A stretch of 64,000 bases of DNA from Bugula neritina. Lineage: Eukaryota > Animalia > Bryozoa. The position numbers and the translations under genes were made by a program. The DNA is taken from positions 23,114,767 through 23,178,766 of the forward strand of contig OZ037766.1 of the NCBI GenBank assembly GCA_964035545.1, in the 5' to 3' direction. Of the stretch, positions 33,292 through 48,300 are shown piece by piece; the stretch's first letter is position 1; each line of letters opens with the position of its first letter. The notes under the pieces are model-generated. The model was not told where the DNA came from and did no database searches. It saw nothing but the letters and a program-made list of their open reading frames with translations.

Positions 33292-36200
33292 TACTATAAT
33301 TTTTGTCTAAAATAATAACAGAAGTACCATGGGGGCATGGCCGTTCTTATTCTAAACATGAGCCATTACCCAGAAAAATATTTTTTCTGCCTACATATTT
33401 AATGAGAGTTTTATGATTCCTAGACCAATAGCCAAGTGCATTAAATGGAATGATAATTAATTAGTGTTGTATGTAAATACTGACCAAATTTGAAACTATT
33501 AACCAACAGAATTCAGTTGCTGTTTGGGCCGTGTCGAGAATTGTTTTCCCTAGAAAAGACGCAGAATGATGGCCAGCTCTCTCTTCATGAGAAAGTTATT
33601 TTTTGTCAGAATTCTCTTACTGCATGTTAGGATGCTTAGAAGTTGAATGATGGCTCCAAAAGTTGTCTTGAATAAAGTTGCATAGCATTAGCATACATAG
33701 TAGACACTCTGCTAGAAGTCTTTAAAGTTTTTTATAAAAGCACAGAGTAATGTGCATCTTCCCCAAGTAATCTGGCCCAAAGGAATTGAAAACCAAGACT
33801 ATTTATAATAGTGAAATAATAAATTCCAGTGTTGATATTATTAACTGTTGATAGGGTTTGCTGCAAAGAACCCAGAACCACACATTAGTTGAGAAGTGAA
33901 AATTAGTCAATCTTCATTTCATAATTCATGATCATTTTTTGATAGAAAATATGCTAACAGCTGCAGTAACATTGACAAACATAATTGTTTTCAGAAACAC
34001 ACAATGCTAGCCAATTTCCTTTTTAGCCAGGAGTTATCTCCCTAATGCAACTCGTAAACTGTTGGAATATACACTATTACAACACGTAGTTAGTTGCAGT
34101 TAAAGTACAATGGCAGGAGTTTAATTAAGATTATTATAGAATGCGGGACTTTGAGTAATGATCACTTATATTTTCTAACTCTTCAACATGTCACTTGCAT
34201 AAATTTACATAAATATTTCACAACAATTTTGCCATGAAAATAAAAAAGATGAATTTATAAGCAGCCAGACACAGCCTCTGCTAACAAATCTGTGAGTACA
34301 ATGGCTATAAGTACTTCATTACTGGTGCTAACATTAGCTTGAGCCAACAAAAGCACGTGGAGTGCTTGTACTTTACTGTAACTTTTGAATAGTGGGAAAG
34401 AAGAATATTCCTGGCACAGAGCCAGGGTTTAATCTCCAGGGTGGTCTCAAGTCTGGTAAAAGGAGAAGTGTCCTTTTATTGGTTTATTTATAGCTTTATT
34501 AGTACAACTGGCAACAGTACACAAAGCAATGGTATTGTAACAGAACTGCAATTAATCAACTAACAAAATAGAATAAGTCATCATGTATATCAGTATCATA
34601 AAATAACATTACAATTATAACAAAATAGACATATTGATATACACATAATAATGATAATATATAATACATAATATAACATAATATATATACAGATTTTTAA
34701 CTATAAATTACCTGCATAATTAAAATATGATGTTGGATGAACAAAAACTTGTATGCTGTTGGCAGCCGATCTACAATTCGTTTAGCCTAGTGCCAGAAGT
34801 AGTGCCAGAAAACTTCCAACGTCCATCGGCAGGGTGATGTGACACTGACATAAGCGCGCTACATCGTCCTAGAACTAGCAAGGCGAATTATTTCATAGAA
34901 ACACGAATATCAATGGATTTTGTCCACCAAAATTATTTTGGCGAGAAATATATGTGAGTCGCGTCCTAGCTATCCCCACGTGCACATTGATATGCCAAAG
35001 AAATCAGGCTAGTTTAACTTTAAGTGCAAAAACTTCCTTGTTAGTAGGCGTGGTTTATATGAGGAGTGATGTTGTGAACGTGTAGAAATACTATAACATT
35101 TCATTTAGAAAATGGAGATATGAGACAGCGGACAGCTATTATGACAAGAGCACCACTGGAGGTATCGTTGGTATTCAAATATTTAAAATTGTTACATCTA
35201 GGTTGTTGCCTGGAATACATTTGGTTTATAAAAATAATCCTGACCTTGTTTCAAGGGCGGAGTCTCAAGAATGTCAATAACCAATCAAAATGAATTGAAC
35301 ATTCAAAGCGCTTAACCTGAGACTGAAAGAAGGATTGCGAACATGGGGGCTAGCTGTAACGAGGCTTGGAGGCGAGTATCTTCGGCAGAAAAGGACTTAC
35401 CACTCTGTCCACCACATCTCAACTAGGCTGTAACCGTGCTGTATGGTAGGGGCATGTCAAGCTAGTCAGCTGTATCATGTGACTTACTGGCCCGACAAGT
35501 CCTCACTGTGCACGCTTCTTCACAGATCATCAGTAGCGCTACTACTAGTACTCGCATCACCACTCCTACTAAAACTATTACTACTCACACGCCCTGTTAC
35601 TCTGGTGAATCCACTCCTTTGGCAGACCCCAATCCTCAGGTAAACCACCCCATCATGTTTTCAATTGACTCGTTTCCTATGCGGACAGTATGCATAGCAG
35701 CCAGCCTTTTATTGGATAAACAATGAAAAGGGGAAAAATTTTTCCCCCTTATTTATACAATTTAGACTATAAATCATGGAATGCCTTAACTTTCGAAAGC
35801 TGTTTGAACAGTGCCCTGTTGATATTTTTGCTCAATCTTTAGTGCTTAGGCTATACCATCATTACTATCGCTGCACCTGGTACTAGAACATCAACTTGTA
35901 GTAAACTTGAAATACCTCGCTTATTAGCATTTAGCATTCTTTGTATATACTTGCATTTCACTTGGGTGTTACTATTGTTATTGAAAATCTCTCATTGACA
36001 ACCACAATTTTAAGTTGACTTTTAGAGTCTCCGAGCTGTTAAAATTCAACCCCGCTCATGGAAATTTCATGATTTTTTACAAAGTTGCACATTACATTGG
36101 GCCGGGCGTTATCTGCATATTATAATGGGTATCGTGATTGTCATTGTCTTAAATTTTATGATGTACAGCGCTGTAATGGCCGAAAGCAGGTCATTGAAAT

Positions 36201-37589
36201 GACAAAACTTTGACAATGATGAAAACAAGCAGCTACTGTATTTTTACACACGGGTTAGGGGAGAATAGTGCGAAGGCACATCCGCCCACTGGGTATTAGT
36301 CTCCTCATGTCATATCTTTCCACACACTGAATTATTAATCTAAACTTGCGCTACTGCTAATAGTGGCCCACCTTATTTATTAAACGTAATTTAGACTGAG
36401 TCAAGTATATGGGTGATGATGCATAAAGCATACAATATTTACCTTAGAACTGTATGCTAAGTGTGGCTATGCCGTATGCTTTGTTGAAATATGTGTTTAG
36501 GAGTAGCAAGCGAGGAACTTCCCTGTATACCAGGAAAAATTGCCACTTGGAACGTTCATTAAACAAGTCACGCTATTGTGTACTAGGATAGGTTCATACA
36601 GGACAATGACTCAACAAGGAAGTGTCGCTGCCGTGTTGCTGCCGCTGTATTAGCTTGTCAGAATCTCTCCGATTTGACATGTCAGAATGTTGAATTACTA
36701 TCATACTGGCCTGTAAAATCCAATATATTCTGGCGGATACTTCAGCCATCAAAGACAAGTAACAATCAGTGGTGTGTTGATAAAAATGTTCAACTGGTGC
36801 TCTAGGACAATAGGAAGGACAACTCTAGGCCGTGCAATGGGCCGCTTGAGAGGGTGCGGGAGGGGTGGCAAAGCGCCCTCCCGCATTGAATATTTTTCCT
36901 GTGTCAGGTTAAAGTTGAAGCCTTTGCAGCACATTCAAAAGTGTAATTTGCAAGTTTATATCATGACATCAGTTCAAATATGCACCATATTTAAAAAACT
37001 ACAACGAAAACTCTAATGTAGATATCAGTTTTTAATGTGCTCTAGATATGGGGTAAGTAGAGTAATGAAGACAATAGAAACCACATACAAGGCTTTACTA
37101 TATAGGCTACAACATTTTCAATTTCTCCACATTATATATCAACAATGATTTATCCAACAGAAATGTGAGCTTTTAATAAAATGCCATTTATTGGAATTTT
37201 TTCTTCAAAAATCTTCATTACTGTATCTAACTGGACTGATGCTACAAATGGTAAGACAAACCCGATTGGCTCTACATAACCTTTGCAAAAGAAGATGTGC
37301 TAAGTAGAGGCTCCGTCAACAACCACCCACCAAGTACTAGAAGATCCATCGCCCAGGATTGTAGATTCCAGTCACTATATATGTGGAAGACTTTTACATA
37401 ATGAATGGAAGTGAAACTCTCTGTTATATTCTGAAGTCTGTTTTCTGTCCTGAATAATTATTAATATATTGCATATAGCCTAATGCATTTTACATCCATG
37501 ATATTTATAATAGATTGACTAGTGAGTTCTATTATGGAGCAAAACATCCAAAACTAAAATTAAATGAAGTGAAAAATTTTATGAAAGTC

Positions 37590-37812
37590 GATTTTAGGTA
37601 AACATGGCACAGTTAATAAGGGCAAAATGGAAAAGTAGGTAAAAATGGCACACTGATTTTAAATTTTCCCAAATCTCCAAAATCAAACCCCCATTCTCAA
37701 GCCTAAACCCACATTCCAAACACCCAGTCCTGAACCCTAATATTGCAAACATGTCATTTTTACCTACTTTGCGATTTGTTCCATTATTACCTGTGCCATT
37801 TTCGCCAGAGAC
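37590..37812. mobile_element. MITE-like foldback element, copy 1
   Basis: AAAGTAGGTAAAAATGGCAC pairs with GTCATTTTTACCTACTTT; AACCC-rich core; similar to 38310-38507. Confidence 0.6.
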
Positions 37813-38309
37813 CAAAAAATTCAGTATAATATCGCTACTGCTGTAACTATTGCTGCTGCTGCCACTACTACAACCACTAGCACTACTACCACTACTTCTA
37901 CTACTACCATCACCATCACAACTACCACCACAGCAATTTTTACTGCTACTATACCCACGCAACTACTACTATAACTATTATAAATAGCTATTGCCAAGTC
38001 TACTGCTAAATTTTTCGTTTAGTGGGAGTATAGGTAGTTACATCACAAGTTGCTAATGCCACATCAAAGTTAGCAAGAAACTCTTGTGAAGTGAAAATAT
38101 ATTTTTACTATTTTACTTACTGAGATGCAGAAATGAAGATTTTGCTTAGCTTGAATTGAAATATTTTGGATTGGAAGTGAAATTGTTCATCACGTAAGCA
38201 GACAACTTCTCACACTACAAATATTAATCAGAACTATTCCGACAATGTTGCAACTCTTCATCTACCTCCCAATTTTTACTGGCGGTGTTGAATACCACTC
38301 TGTTGTTAT

Positions 38310-38507
38310 CGATTTTAGGTGATAATGGCCCAAATGGAAAAGTAGGGTAAAAAGGGCACACTGATATTAAATTTTCTCAAATCTCCAACCCTCAAAATAA
38401 AACTCAAAACTCAAATCTCCAACCCTAAACCCCAATAATGAAAATGTGCCATTTTACCTACTTTTTTACTTGCGCCATTATTACCTGTACAATTTTTAAT
38501 GGACACC
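38310..38507. mobile_element. MITE-like foldback element, copy 2
   Basis: Shares GATTTTAGGT..AAATGGAAAAGTAGG..GGCACACTGAT..AAATCTCCAA..CCATTATTACCTGT with copy 1. Confidence 0.6.
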
Positions 38508-39370
38508 TTGTTATCAGTATAACTAGTACTGCATGTGATGAATAAACTTGTAGTAGTAACCATAGATACAACAGTTGAAATGCTAAATGCTCAAATTCTA
38601 TTATAAACTTGCTTCATTTTCTATATTGTTTAAATGTGTATCACCTTGCCATCAGGTTGAGTCAAAAATATTTAGAAAATTTCAATATTTAAAATAAACG
38701 CAGATAACTAAGGCTAATATTGTTAATTTCATATGTATTTCTTTTTAAACTACCACATAAATCAATTGGCAAGCATTTTCAAGGTATAGGAACTTTTCGA
38801 TTTTCTAGCAGATTGCTTTAAACCTCAAATAGAGATGCTCATTAATGGTTAGAATATTGTTTGGAAGCTGCTCATATTTGACTTTTTCTTTGAGATTAAA
38901 GCAGTACTCATTTAGCCTTCAAGCAGCAGTTTTTAGTCTTGCTGTTTCTTTTCTAAACACCAAATGATAGAATATAATTTCAGTGAGCTTGTAAAACCAC
39001 TGTGAGGAGATCTACTACTGCCCACATTTTTTCATACAGAAACACCCCCTCTCACAATACACTATCAGGTGGCTCATGTTTATAGAAGCCATTCTATGAC
39101 AAGGGTTTTTTTTATTCAAACACAAAGATTTATTTCCAAGAATCTAGATATAGGCATTATTTAGTTGTGTACTTTAGATAATGCTGTGGTATAGCAAAGG
39201 TATGGCTACACATAATAATTGAAGTGATGAAATACAAATATATGATAACGTATCAAACATAATGTGACTAGAGACCACGTCTTGGTAAGCAATAACGAGT
39301 ATAATTTACAAATAACATTAGAAATAGATTCATTCAATCAGATATAAAGATGCTTTTTCTTGTTTCATAT

Positions 39371-42300
39371 TCACCAACTATCTTCTTCTTGGAAAAGTTT
39401 GTTCTTGTCAGTAGCTTGAAGGTCAGTATCTACAAAACATAGAATATTGCAAGAGTGACCTATGCACATCATTTGCAATGCTGTTGGATAGTCTAGAATA
39501 AAGTCACCACGCTATAACTCTGGTCAACATAATATTATAGCTAGTTTGGGTGAAAAACAAAAAAGTATTGACTGAAAGAACGTGCCAATATCTCACTGCA
39601 CTATATTTCGACATTAACTTTACGAAATCCAACCCATTCCGTAAGGCGTAAGGTCTAGCGTACTGCAAGGGAATTCCCCTTTTGCACAATTGTATGCGTG
39701 AAGTGAAGCATGACAGCGTTGCTTGGGTTCCATACAATGATTATTGTGCGATGATTGGCTGTTACATATTGATACCTTGTAAACTAGTTAAAAGTAAGCC
39801 CAGTCTATGTGCTAAGCAGCTAAGGTTACTAGTTGCCACATACTTTGTTCAGCAGTGCAGTATAATATAATGGCAACTATGCTTACTTACAGGTATAAAA
39901 AACTCACGCAAGTTTATAGTCACCATCCCGTGAGAAACCCCTGATGGAAGGTTTTGTTTTGTTAAATTGGGCTAAGGACGTTTTCAGATGGGGCACAGGA
40001 GCAATTATGACTGAATGCTCTTCTTAACATCACCCATGGCCTTTGTCGGCTCGAACCCAGGACTTCGCACTTACTAGGCCAACGCCCTAACCCCTAGACC
40101 TCGGCTGCCCCTTAACTATACTTACAAGTATGCAGAGTGACATGTATAATATATTTAACCCTTTGTATATGTGTGTGAACATTACAAGGGGTGTAAAGCT
40201 ACCATCTCAAACACAAAACTGTGTCACCAATAACACTAGTTTATTATATTTATGCTGGCTGTGACAATGTATAAACTGAGTGAATTTATTTCTACATTTA
40301 GCATAGTGATCTATAGTACAGCGATTGAGGGAGGGAACCAATGATGCCCTGAATCAATAGAATATTGGAAATTTCTGACTATCCAGGAGATAGAAATACC
40401 ATGTAAATAAGCATGGTGGAAAGATTTCTTTGAAAAACCAAAACTCTTTTTAGTTTGACCCAAAGAAAAGATTAGGGAGTAGCCGTGGTTAGTGGTTAGA
40501 GCACTGGCCAAGTAACCACAAGGTCAGTGGTGCCCATTTCCAGTAAAGGTCATTGGTAATGTTATGAAGGTCATTCAGTCATAATTGCTTCTGTGCCACA
40601 TTAGATAACAGTCCTTAGCCCACTTACAAAATGTCCCTTTCCATCAGGGGTTCACAGGGATAGCGACTATAAACCCATATGAGTTTTTCAAAGGACAAAT
40701 GAAACACATACTTTCTAGTGCATAAACTATTTGTTAACTGTTTCATTTTGTACACTAAGCATATATTTCCTTCTAGCTGTATTATGTAAAACAAATTAAA
40801 ACCGCGTTGAATGTCCCCCTACTTAGAGTTGTCCCACCTTGTTGTATAATTCTAAAACCTAACATTTAGCCAACACCAAAACTCAAGGTTATTTTTGAAT
40901 TAAATTGTATGAAGAAACCAAGATTATCTAGATACACTATGCACCAGTTTGTCCTTGTCTTACACCTAATCACAACTCAATAACGCAACTAAGGTATTAA
41001 CTTACTCAATATGCTGTATGTTTCAGAATTACGCAATAAATCAACACATGCCCGAGCACACATGGTTTTGAAAGCCTATGAAGTTCAAATAACTGGACGG
41101 ACTACCTGGCAATTCTGCACCATAAACTTTTAGTTTGATGAAAAAATGTGTAACAAGGTACAATTAGTTGAAGCAGAAGAGAATAGAATAAACTAATAGT
41201 TGCACTAAAAATAGAAAATGCTATAAGTAGAAAAACTGCAAGACAAGAATGCATAAAAAACAGATCAATATTAAGGAGCATTGCTACATTAATGGTGTTT
41301 ATAACATTGCAATGTGTAATGTCGCAACACTATGCGCATTGCAGAGTAATGCAATGCTGAATTTAATACAAAACGGTGTGGTACTCTAGTACTGGCATTA
41401 GCTAATGTGGTACTACAAGGCATTATCACTAGATGCTGAACATTATCATTGTTCCCACATTTTAGAAGTGAAACCTAATTCTCTGTAAGGGTGATTTCAC
41501 TATACCTAGCAAATCATAAGTCTTCAAGTTTTCTAGTTTGAGATAGAAAGTTCAATATTTCTGAATAAACTAAAATAATAAGTAATCTGTCAGCGTTTAA
41601 CGATCAACCCTTCCAACCCCTTAATCCTGCCCGCTGTTACACCCCTATTAGAATTTCCGGTGATCGCATACAGTAGTTGCTATGTTTGAATTATATAGTG
41701 TTCTATTATTTTGGACATTGCCTACCTGCAGTGATGGTGGAAGACAACTCTAGGTGCTTCTTCTTGGGTTTGGACACACTTCTGCTATGAAATAATTATA
41801 CTGATGCTCAAACATACATTAAAGTCATATACACTATACACACTACAACTATGTACACTATACACACTATGTACACTATACACACTACAACCATGTACAC
41901 TATACACACTACACACTATGTACACTATACACACTACAACCATGTACACTATACACGCTATGTACACTATACACACTACAACCATGTACACTATACACAC
42001 TACAACTATACACACTATACACACCCTCTTATAGAGAAGGCAATTTCTTAGAAAGAAAACGAATGCAAGCAAAATGATGTGTGCAAACTTTCAACCTATA
42101 GATCATTACCATAACTGAAATAATCCACATTATCCTCAGAATCTAACTCTCTAAATGAGACTATGACATGCTCAGTCCTTATTGCTAGTTGCTAGTAAGC
42201 ATCACGTGACAATGCAGGCACTACTCAATCTCTCCATGCTATCAATCCTGCTGTACCATAACGACATTCATTGCTCTCATTCATCAGCATTACAGTATTA

Positions 42301-45300
42301 ATCACCATCAATGAAAACTATATATCATATTCTACCAAATATCTTTGCACATAAGACATAATTAACGCATAGAATTAGTAGGACAAGTAATTGGGACTCT
42401 GTAGAAATCAATATGTTATTGCATATACTACAGAACTGGTTAATTTCAGCTAAACCATGAACAAACATACAGCAGGTATGATAGCGTTAGTTCCAGAACG
42501 TAACTGGATAATAAAACTACACACTCATGTTATACCAAGAGAAAGATCTTCGTTACCTGTCCAAGTCATTATTTACAGATTTCCTATGTGTGGCCACACG
42601 TTTCATAGGCTTGCTGCCTTGAGAGGGGTCAGAGTCAGCGTGAGAGGCTGCTGCTGAGGGGTCACCGGAGGTCGCCAAACCACAAGGCTTAGTACTCCAG
42701 TCACTGTAACTCTTGATAGTACAGCTGTGAACAGAGTTGGCTAGCTGTTTCTTCACTGTAAGATTCATTGAGTATACTGTAGTACCAACATACTGTAGTA
42801 ACAGTATACTGTAGTACCAACATGCTGTAGTAATAGTAGTAACAACACACTGTAGTAACGACATACTGTAGTGAAATAGAATAACAGACCTGCTTTGTTG
42901 TCAGATCTATGCTGTAAGGTGACCATAGCGGATTTGGCGTCAATCCACTTGATGTATATGTCTACAGATAGTATACACACCAGCTACACATAGCACAGCA
43001 GTTTCACACAGTACTAATTGTAGAGGAACATTCACTGTTTATTGTACACACTTTTTTTTAAAAAAGTTCAATATCTTTGGCTGGTATTAAAACCTTTGTA
43101 AGGTTAATAAGTGAAGAGCAAATAAGAATAATAGTAGACATTAAAATTCAGTTTTTCATTTAGTTTAGAATGTATTCTCAAGTCATAATTTTATTTCTTC
43201 ATAAATATCATCGCATCTTACACTATCAGTATTATATTATTTTTATGTTATTGCATCGTATTTCTCAAATACTATATTACTGTACGCCTTATGCCAGTTT
43301 GTAGCTATATTTTATCATGCATACACATCAAACCAAAAACATTGTGCTCACAGAACCGTACACAAACTAAAAAATATGCACTATAATAATTACATGTTAA
43401 CACACAGTACTAACTAGAGAGTACCACACAGTACTAACTACAGAGTACAACACACAGTACTAACTACAGAGTAGCACACAGTACTAACTACAGAGTACAA
43501 CACAGTACTAACTACAAAGTACAACACAATACTAACTACAGAGTACCACACAGTACCAACTACAAAGTACAACACAGTACTAACTACAGAGTACCACACA
43601 GTACTAACAACAGAGTCTTACCAGCTGGGTAGAAAACCTGGCATATGTCACTTCTTTGCCAGGAGGGAGGGAAAGTGATGTGGTACATGTGGTCTCTATC
43701 TACTTTTGCTACAAGAAGCAATGATAACACATGAAATCTCCATTTGCTTTACTATACAATATAATGATAACAGCAGCCGTGGTCTAGGGGTTAGAGTGTT
43801 TGGCTTAGTATACACAAGGTCATGGGTTCGAGCCCCAGTAAAGTCTATTGGTGATGTTAGGAAGAGCATTCAGTCATAATTGCTCCTGTGACACAGTAGA
43901 AAAATGCCCTTAGCTCGCTTTAAAAAACCCTTTCCATCAGGGGTTTCTCACAGAAATAGTGACTATAAACTTGCGTGAGTGAGTGAGTGAGTGAGTGAGT
44001 GAGTGAGTGAGTGAGTGAGTGAGTGAGAGAGTGAGTGAGTGAGTGATAGTGATAACACACATGATCTCTGCTGTAACATACAATTGTAATGCAAATTATT
44101 TACCTTCAGCTCCAGATAAATTCATATAAGAAATGTCAGGCAGTCCATTTATAAACAATCTGAAAAATCAAAATAGACAGAATTACTATACAATAAACAG
44201 TAAACGCATTATAATATAAACTAAAGCTACTAAGACTATAGGTTTGGTTTTGTTTCCATAGCAATACCCTAAGGGAGTTGATAGTCATATTCTGCTAGGA
44301 AGCTAAAACGGTGTTCCTCAACTTTATGACTTTAGTCACATTTTCAAAGCTGAGTGCAGGACTTCTCTTGGTCCATATACTTTTTGACGTTCTGCTTCAT
44401 GAAGCAGGCTTAGCAACACTCCCAAATCTAGAAACTCTTCTATGTTACCTAATATTTCATGATCATTGCAATTATGCAAAAGCTGTGCCGGTCTTGGTCC
44501 ATTTTGAAAATACTTACATTTATTTTAAGAAAATTCGAAACAGTGTCATCAGTATGCGGCGTATAAGCATGCTTTAGTACTGGTGTATTATTCCTAGTCG
44601 AGGAATGAAATGATGAAATCGAATAAGCTTTAAAATTATTTTGGTGTTTTAATGTTCATTTTCAGACTGAATTGGTTGCTGGGAATAAGAATCTAGCAGC
44701 CAACAACAGCCAGCGGTATCAGTAGCCAACACATCACCACCAACAATCTTACTACATGCTTTCAAGTGAGCCACACTGAAGAGGTCTGAATTCATATTCT
44801 TCGGTGTAGATCCATGAATGCTACTAGCAGCATTGCAGTCAAATGTTAACATACATTCTGGTTTACAACGTTAGTAACTATACATTCTTTAGGTAATGGC
44901 TTCATCTTGAACTCCTTTACCTCTCACCAAAAAAGGTTTTGATTATGTTGACCACTTTGCCTTTGTAACAGAACTTCTTCAAAACATTCCAGAGTTCTGT
45001 TATGTTCTTTTTAGACATGTTTTTTAGATTTTCTGAAGACTAAAGACAGAGGAAATATGCTTCTGTTGCTTTGAAACCCATTTTGGATTTTAGAAAAGAT
45101 ACTTGAAGGTGCCCCACAAAGTCATTTTGTTTAGAATTATGTACAGTATATAGAAAAGAAACCACAAACATGCACTTTTAATATCAAAATACAATACAAG
45201 AAACCCTTTTTATAAAAATGATGATTTTACACTAGTTACTAACTTGTTGAGAAAAGGATTCAGTAAACTACTGTTGGAGATGATATTTTGAACTGGAGGG

Positions 45301-48300
45301 CTAGCCTGACTGCCAATATGTTTAGACATGATGGCAAAACACTTTCCGGTTACAAATGAGTCATAGGCAGCATCGTGGAACTTTGCATTAGCATTAGTGT
45401 AATCTGGAAAACCTTCAGCTATTTCTAAAATATATATACTATTAATATAATACAGTATAAATGGTGATAAAAACGAAAGGCACAGTACAAAAAATATGTA
45501 TAACTGAGTCTCAGTTATTGGCATACTTAAAGTGAGACCTAACATAGTACGGGTAAATTCAAATTGCATACCACAGTCTATCTGCTGATAAAGGGAAGAA
45601 TGGAGTATCTTGTTCATTTCTTCCAAAGAATTAAACTCAATGTTATCCTTAAATAGATATGTTGACGATATGACTTTTGTATCCATTAACCTGTAAACAC
45701 ACCCAGCAGGTAAACAGTAAAAAACTGCATTCTATTAATTTTCAAGTAGGTGAGTCACTGTGAATAACTGAGCAACTGAATCATTGTGAGTAGATATATT
45801 AAGTAGGCCACATGAGTCACTGTGAATAACTATGAGTAACTGAGTCATTGTGAGTAGACATACTAAGTACGTGAGTCACTGTGAATAATTATGAGTAACT
45901 GAATCATTGTGAGTAGACATACTAAGTACGTGAGTCACTGTGAATAACTATGAGTAACTGAATCATTTTGGGTAGGTAATATTAAGTACTTGAGTCACTG
46001 TGAGAAAAATGAATAACTGTAGGACACAGTAAGGAGCGGGGTTAATGTGTGTAGCTACAAGTCTAGTAAATTACATGGTTTCTGAGAGACAGTAAGAAAT
46101 ACTGAGAGGAAAGATATAAAATCACGGTATAAATACGATGACTCACAACTCTGAAATAATAAACCACAAAACCTCAATCAAAACCACCAGAGCGAGGAGT
46201 ACATATGCTAGTAACTTACTTAGGGAAAATTTCATTGGCCATAGGCTTAAACTCTTTATAAGTCTACAAAACACAGTAAAATCTAAATAAATCTATGCTA
46301 TAACATAAAATAAAATATACAATTACAAAAGTATAATATACAAAAGAAAAAAAAGTAATTATGACACAGAAGTACAATTGAACTATTAACTTGTGATAAA
46401 TAACTGTCTGTTAATTAATATATTATGAAGAGCATACATTTGGTAACTGAGCTAGGAACTGTGAGATGAGGTACATCACATCCAGCAACATATTGTGACC
46501 AACCAGGATTTTACCACTGATAGATATCTCTTTTACTACTTGGGAGAACCCAACGGCATCTTCCAGATCTTTCTGAAGTAAATAGAGCGATTGGACCAGA
46601 AAAGGCGTATGATATTCCAGCATTTAAACACTAAAGAGAGTGTGATAGACTGAAAAGTATTTGATATTTTAGCATTCAATGTAACTAAACAGTAAAGAAA
46701 GTGTGATAGAATGAAAAGCATTTGAAATTCCAACATTCCAAGCAGTTGCATAGCAAAAATGGTAAGTGCTCCATCCATATCTCATTGGCCCCGAAAACTC
46801 AATTCGTGACATAGTAGAATTAATAGAATACCAGATTTAACTCACGGATCTGTTAAATACGGCCGTCTTATCTATATACAGACATACGTAAGCCAAAAAA
46901 TAAGACTCTATACCCTTCTCATGACCTATGGAATTTCGTGAGAAAGGAATCCACAAGTTACGAAGGGAACACTGTATTCTAAAATTAACTTTAGTTGGTT
47001 AATTTTGAGATCACTTACCAACTTTTTGTTCAATGTCTTTAGCTCGATTTCTTTTTTGCGCTCCGCATCAATCTTGGTGACAATAAGTGGACGCTGTTTG
47101 CCTTCTCCTGTAACCTCCACTGTTACAGTATCACCAAATCTGTTGATTGGCAAAGAAACACTGATTATAATAAAGCAATGACGAGATAGAGAGAAGAAGG
47201 AGATGAGTAAAGTTTTAGCAGTATTAAAAAGGGTGATTCTAAAACACAAATTTATGGAAGTCTGCCCAAACTCCCATTCAAGAGACAAATATATGTATAT
47301 AGGAAACATAACAATGCAAAACAGTCAAAGTGGCATGCAAATAGCTACAAATATGAGCATCTATTGTCTTACTGTAATTTGTTACATCAAGAGGTAAGCA
47401 AAATATTGTAGAGCAAGATTAAATTACAACTCATTGCTTATATGTGGAAACCATGACTCATAATCGCATACTAGAATATGGTTACTATTTACACAAGTAG
47501 AACACTTTACATTCTCCAGTGCACCTCCCTTTTCCTTTCTCTGCAATCATCAATTTATCATAAAATTTTAGTTGAGGAAAATAATGCTTACCTCTCCCCG
47601 AGTCTACCATATAAGAGTTTTCTCCTGTATGAATTGGTAGATTCAAGGTTTAACTTGTCGCCATGAGCAGCAGTCTTAAGAAACTCTTCAATCTGTAAAC
47701 TAAATAAACAATAAATATAGTACAGGCTATGACAATGCAATACATGTGACATATATAGTTATATAACACTAGTAGCACTTTTAGTTCAAGCATAGGCAAC
47801 AAGAATACTACAGAAGTTATTATGAGTAATAGTCATACTAGTACTAGTAACAGTCACACTGGTACTGGTTACATTAGTAGCAGTGACACTATTAGCAGTC
47901 ATACTAACAGCATTTATAACTAGAAGCCTTTATACTAGTAGTAATATGGCATCTAAAAATAGAATGGTAATAGTAAAAACTAATACTGCAGAAATACAAG
48001 AATAACAGTTTAGAACTATAATATTAATAGTTAATAAGAGTAATATTGTCAACATGCTTACTAATTAATACAACCTACATCACTAATAATATAATTGTAC
48101 TACAGAATTTTGATATCTAGATCATCATATTAGATAAAAATATTAAACTACATATCAAATGATCTGAAAATACGAATGCTATCTATACAACTGAACATAC
48201 ACTGCCTGTCTGAGAAATTTCTCATCCAACGGTTTAATAGAAGTAGGTGTATCAGGTCTATCAGATTTAAATGTTGATTTCAGCTTTTTCTCGTGACTTT

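Noticed and set aside
37594-37962. 122-aa Ser/Gly-rich ORF
   Set aside because: It spans a CTA/CCA low-complexity tract and a foldback repeat; no splice or homology support.
42023-42047. Possible extra PARN micro-exon (NCLLYKR)
   Set aside because: Not needed: 42557 joins 41784 in phase, and including it breaks the phase with the best donor.
43400-43616. Repeated TACTAAC branch-point consensus
   Set aside because: It lies on the plus strand, antisense to PARN, so it cannot act as a branch point for this gene.
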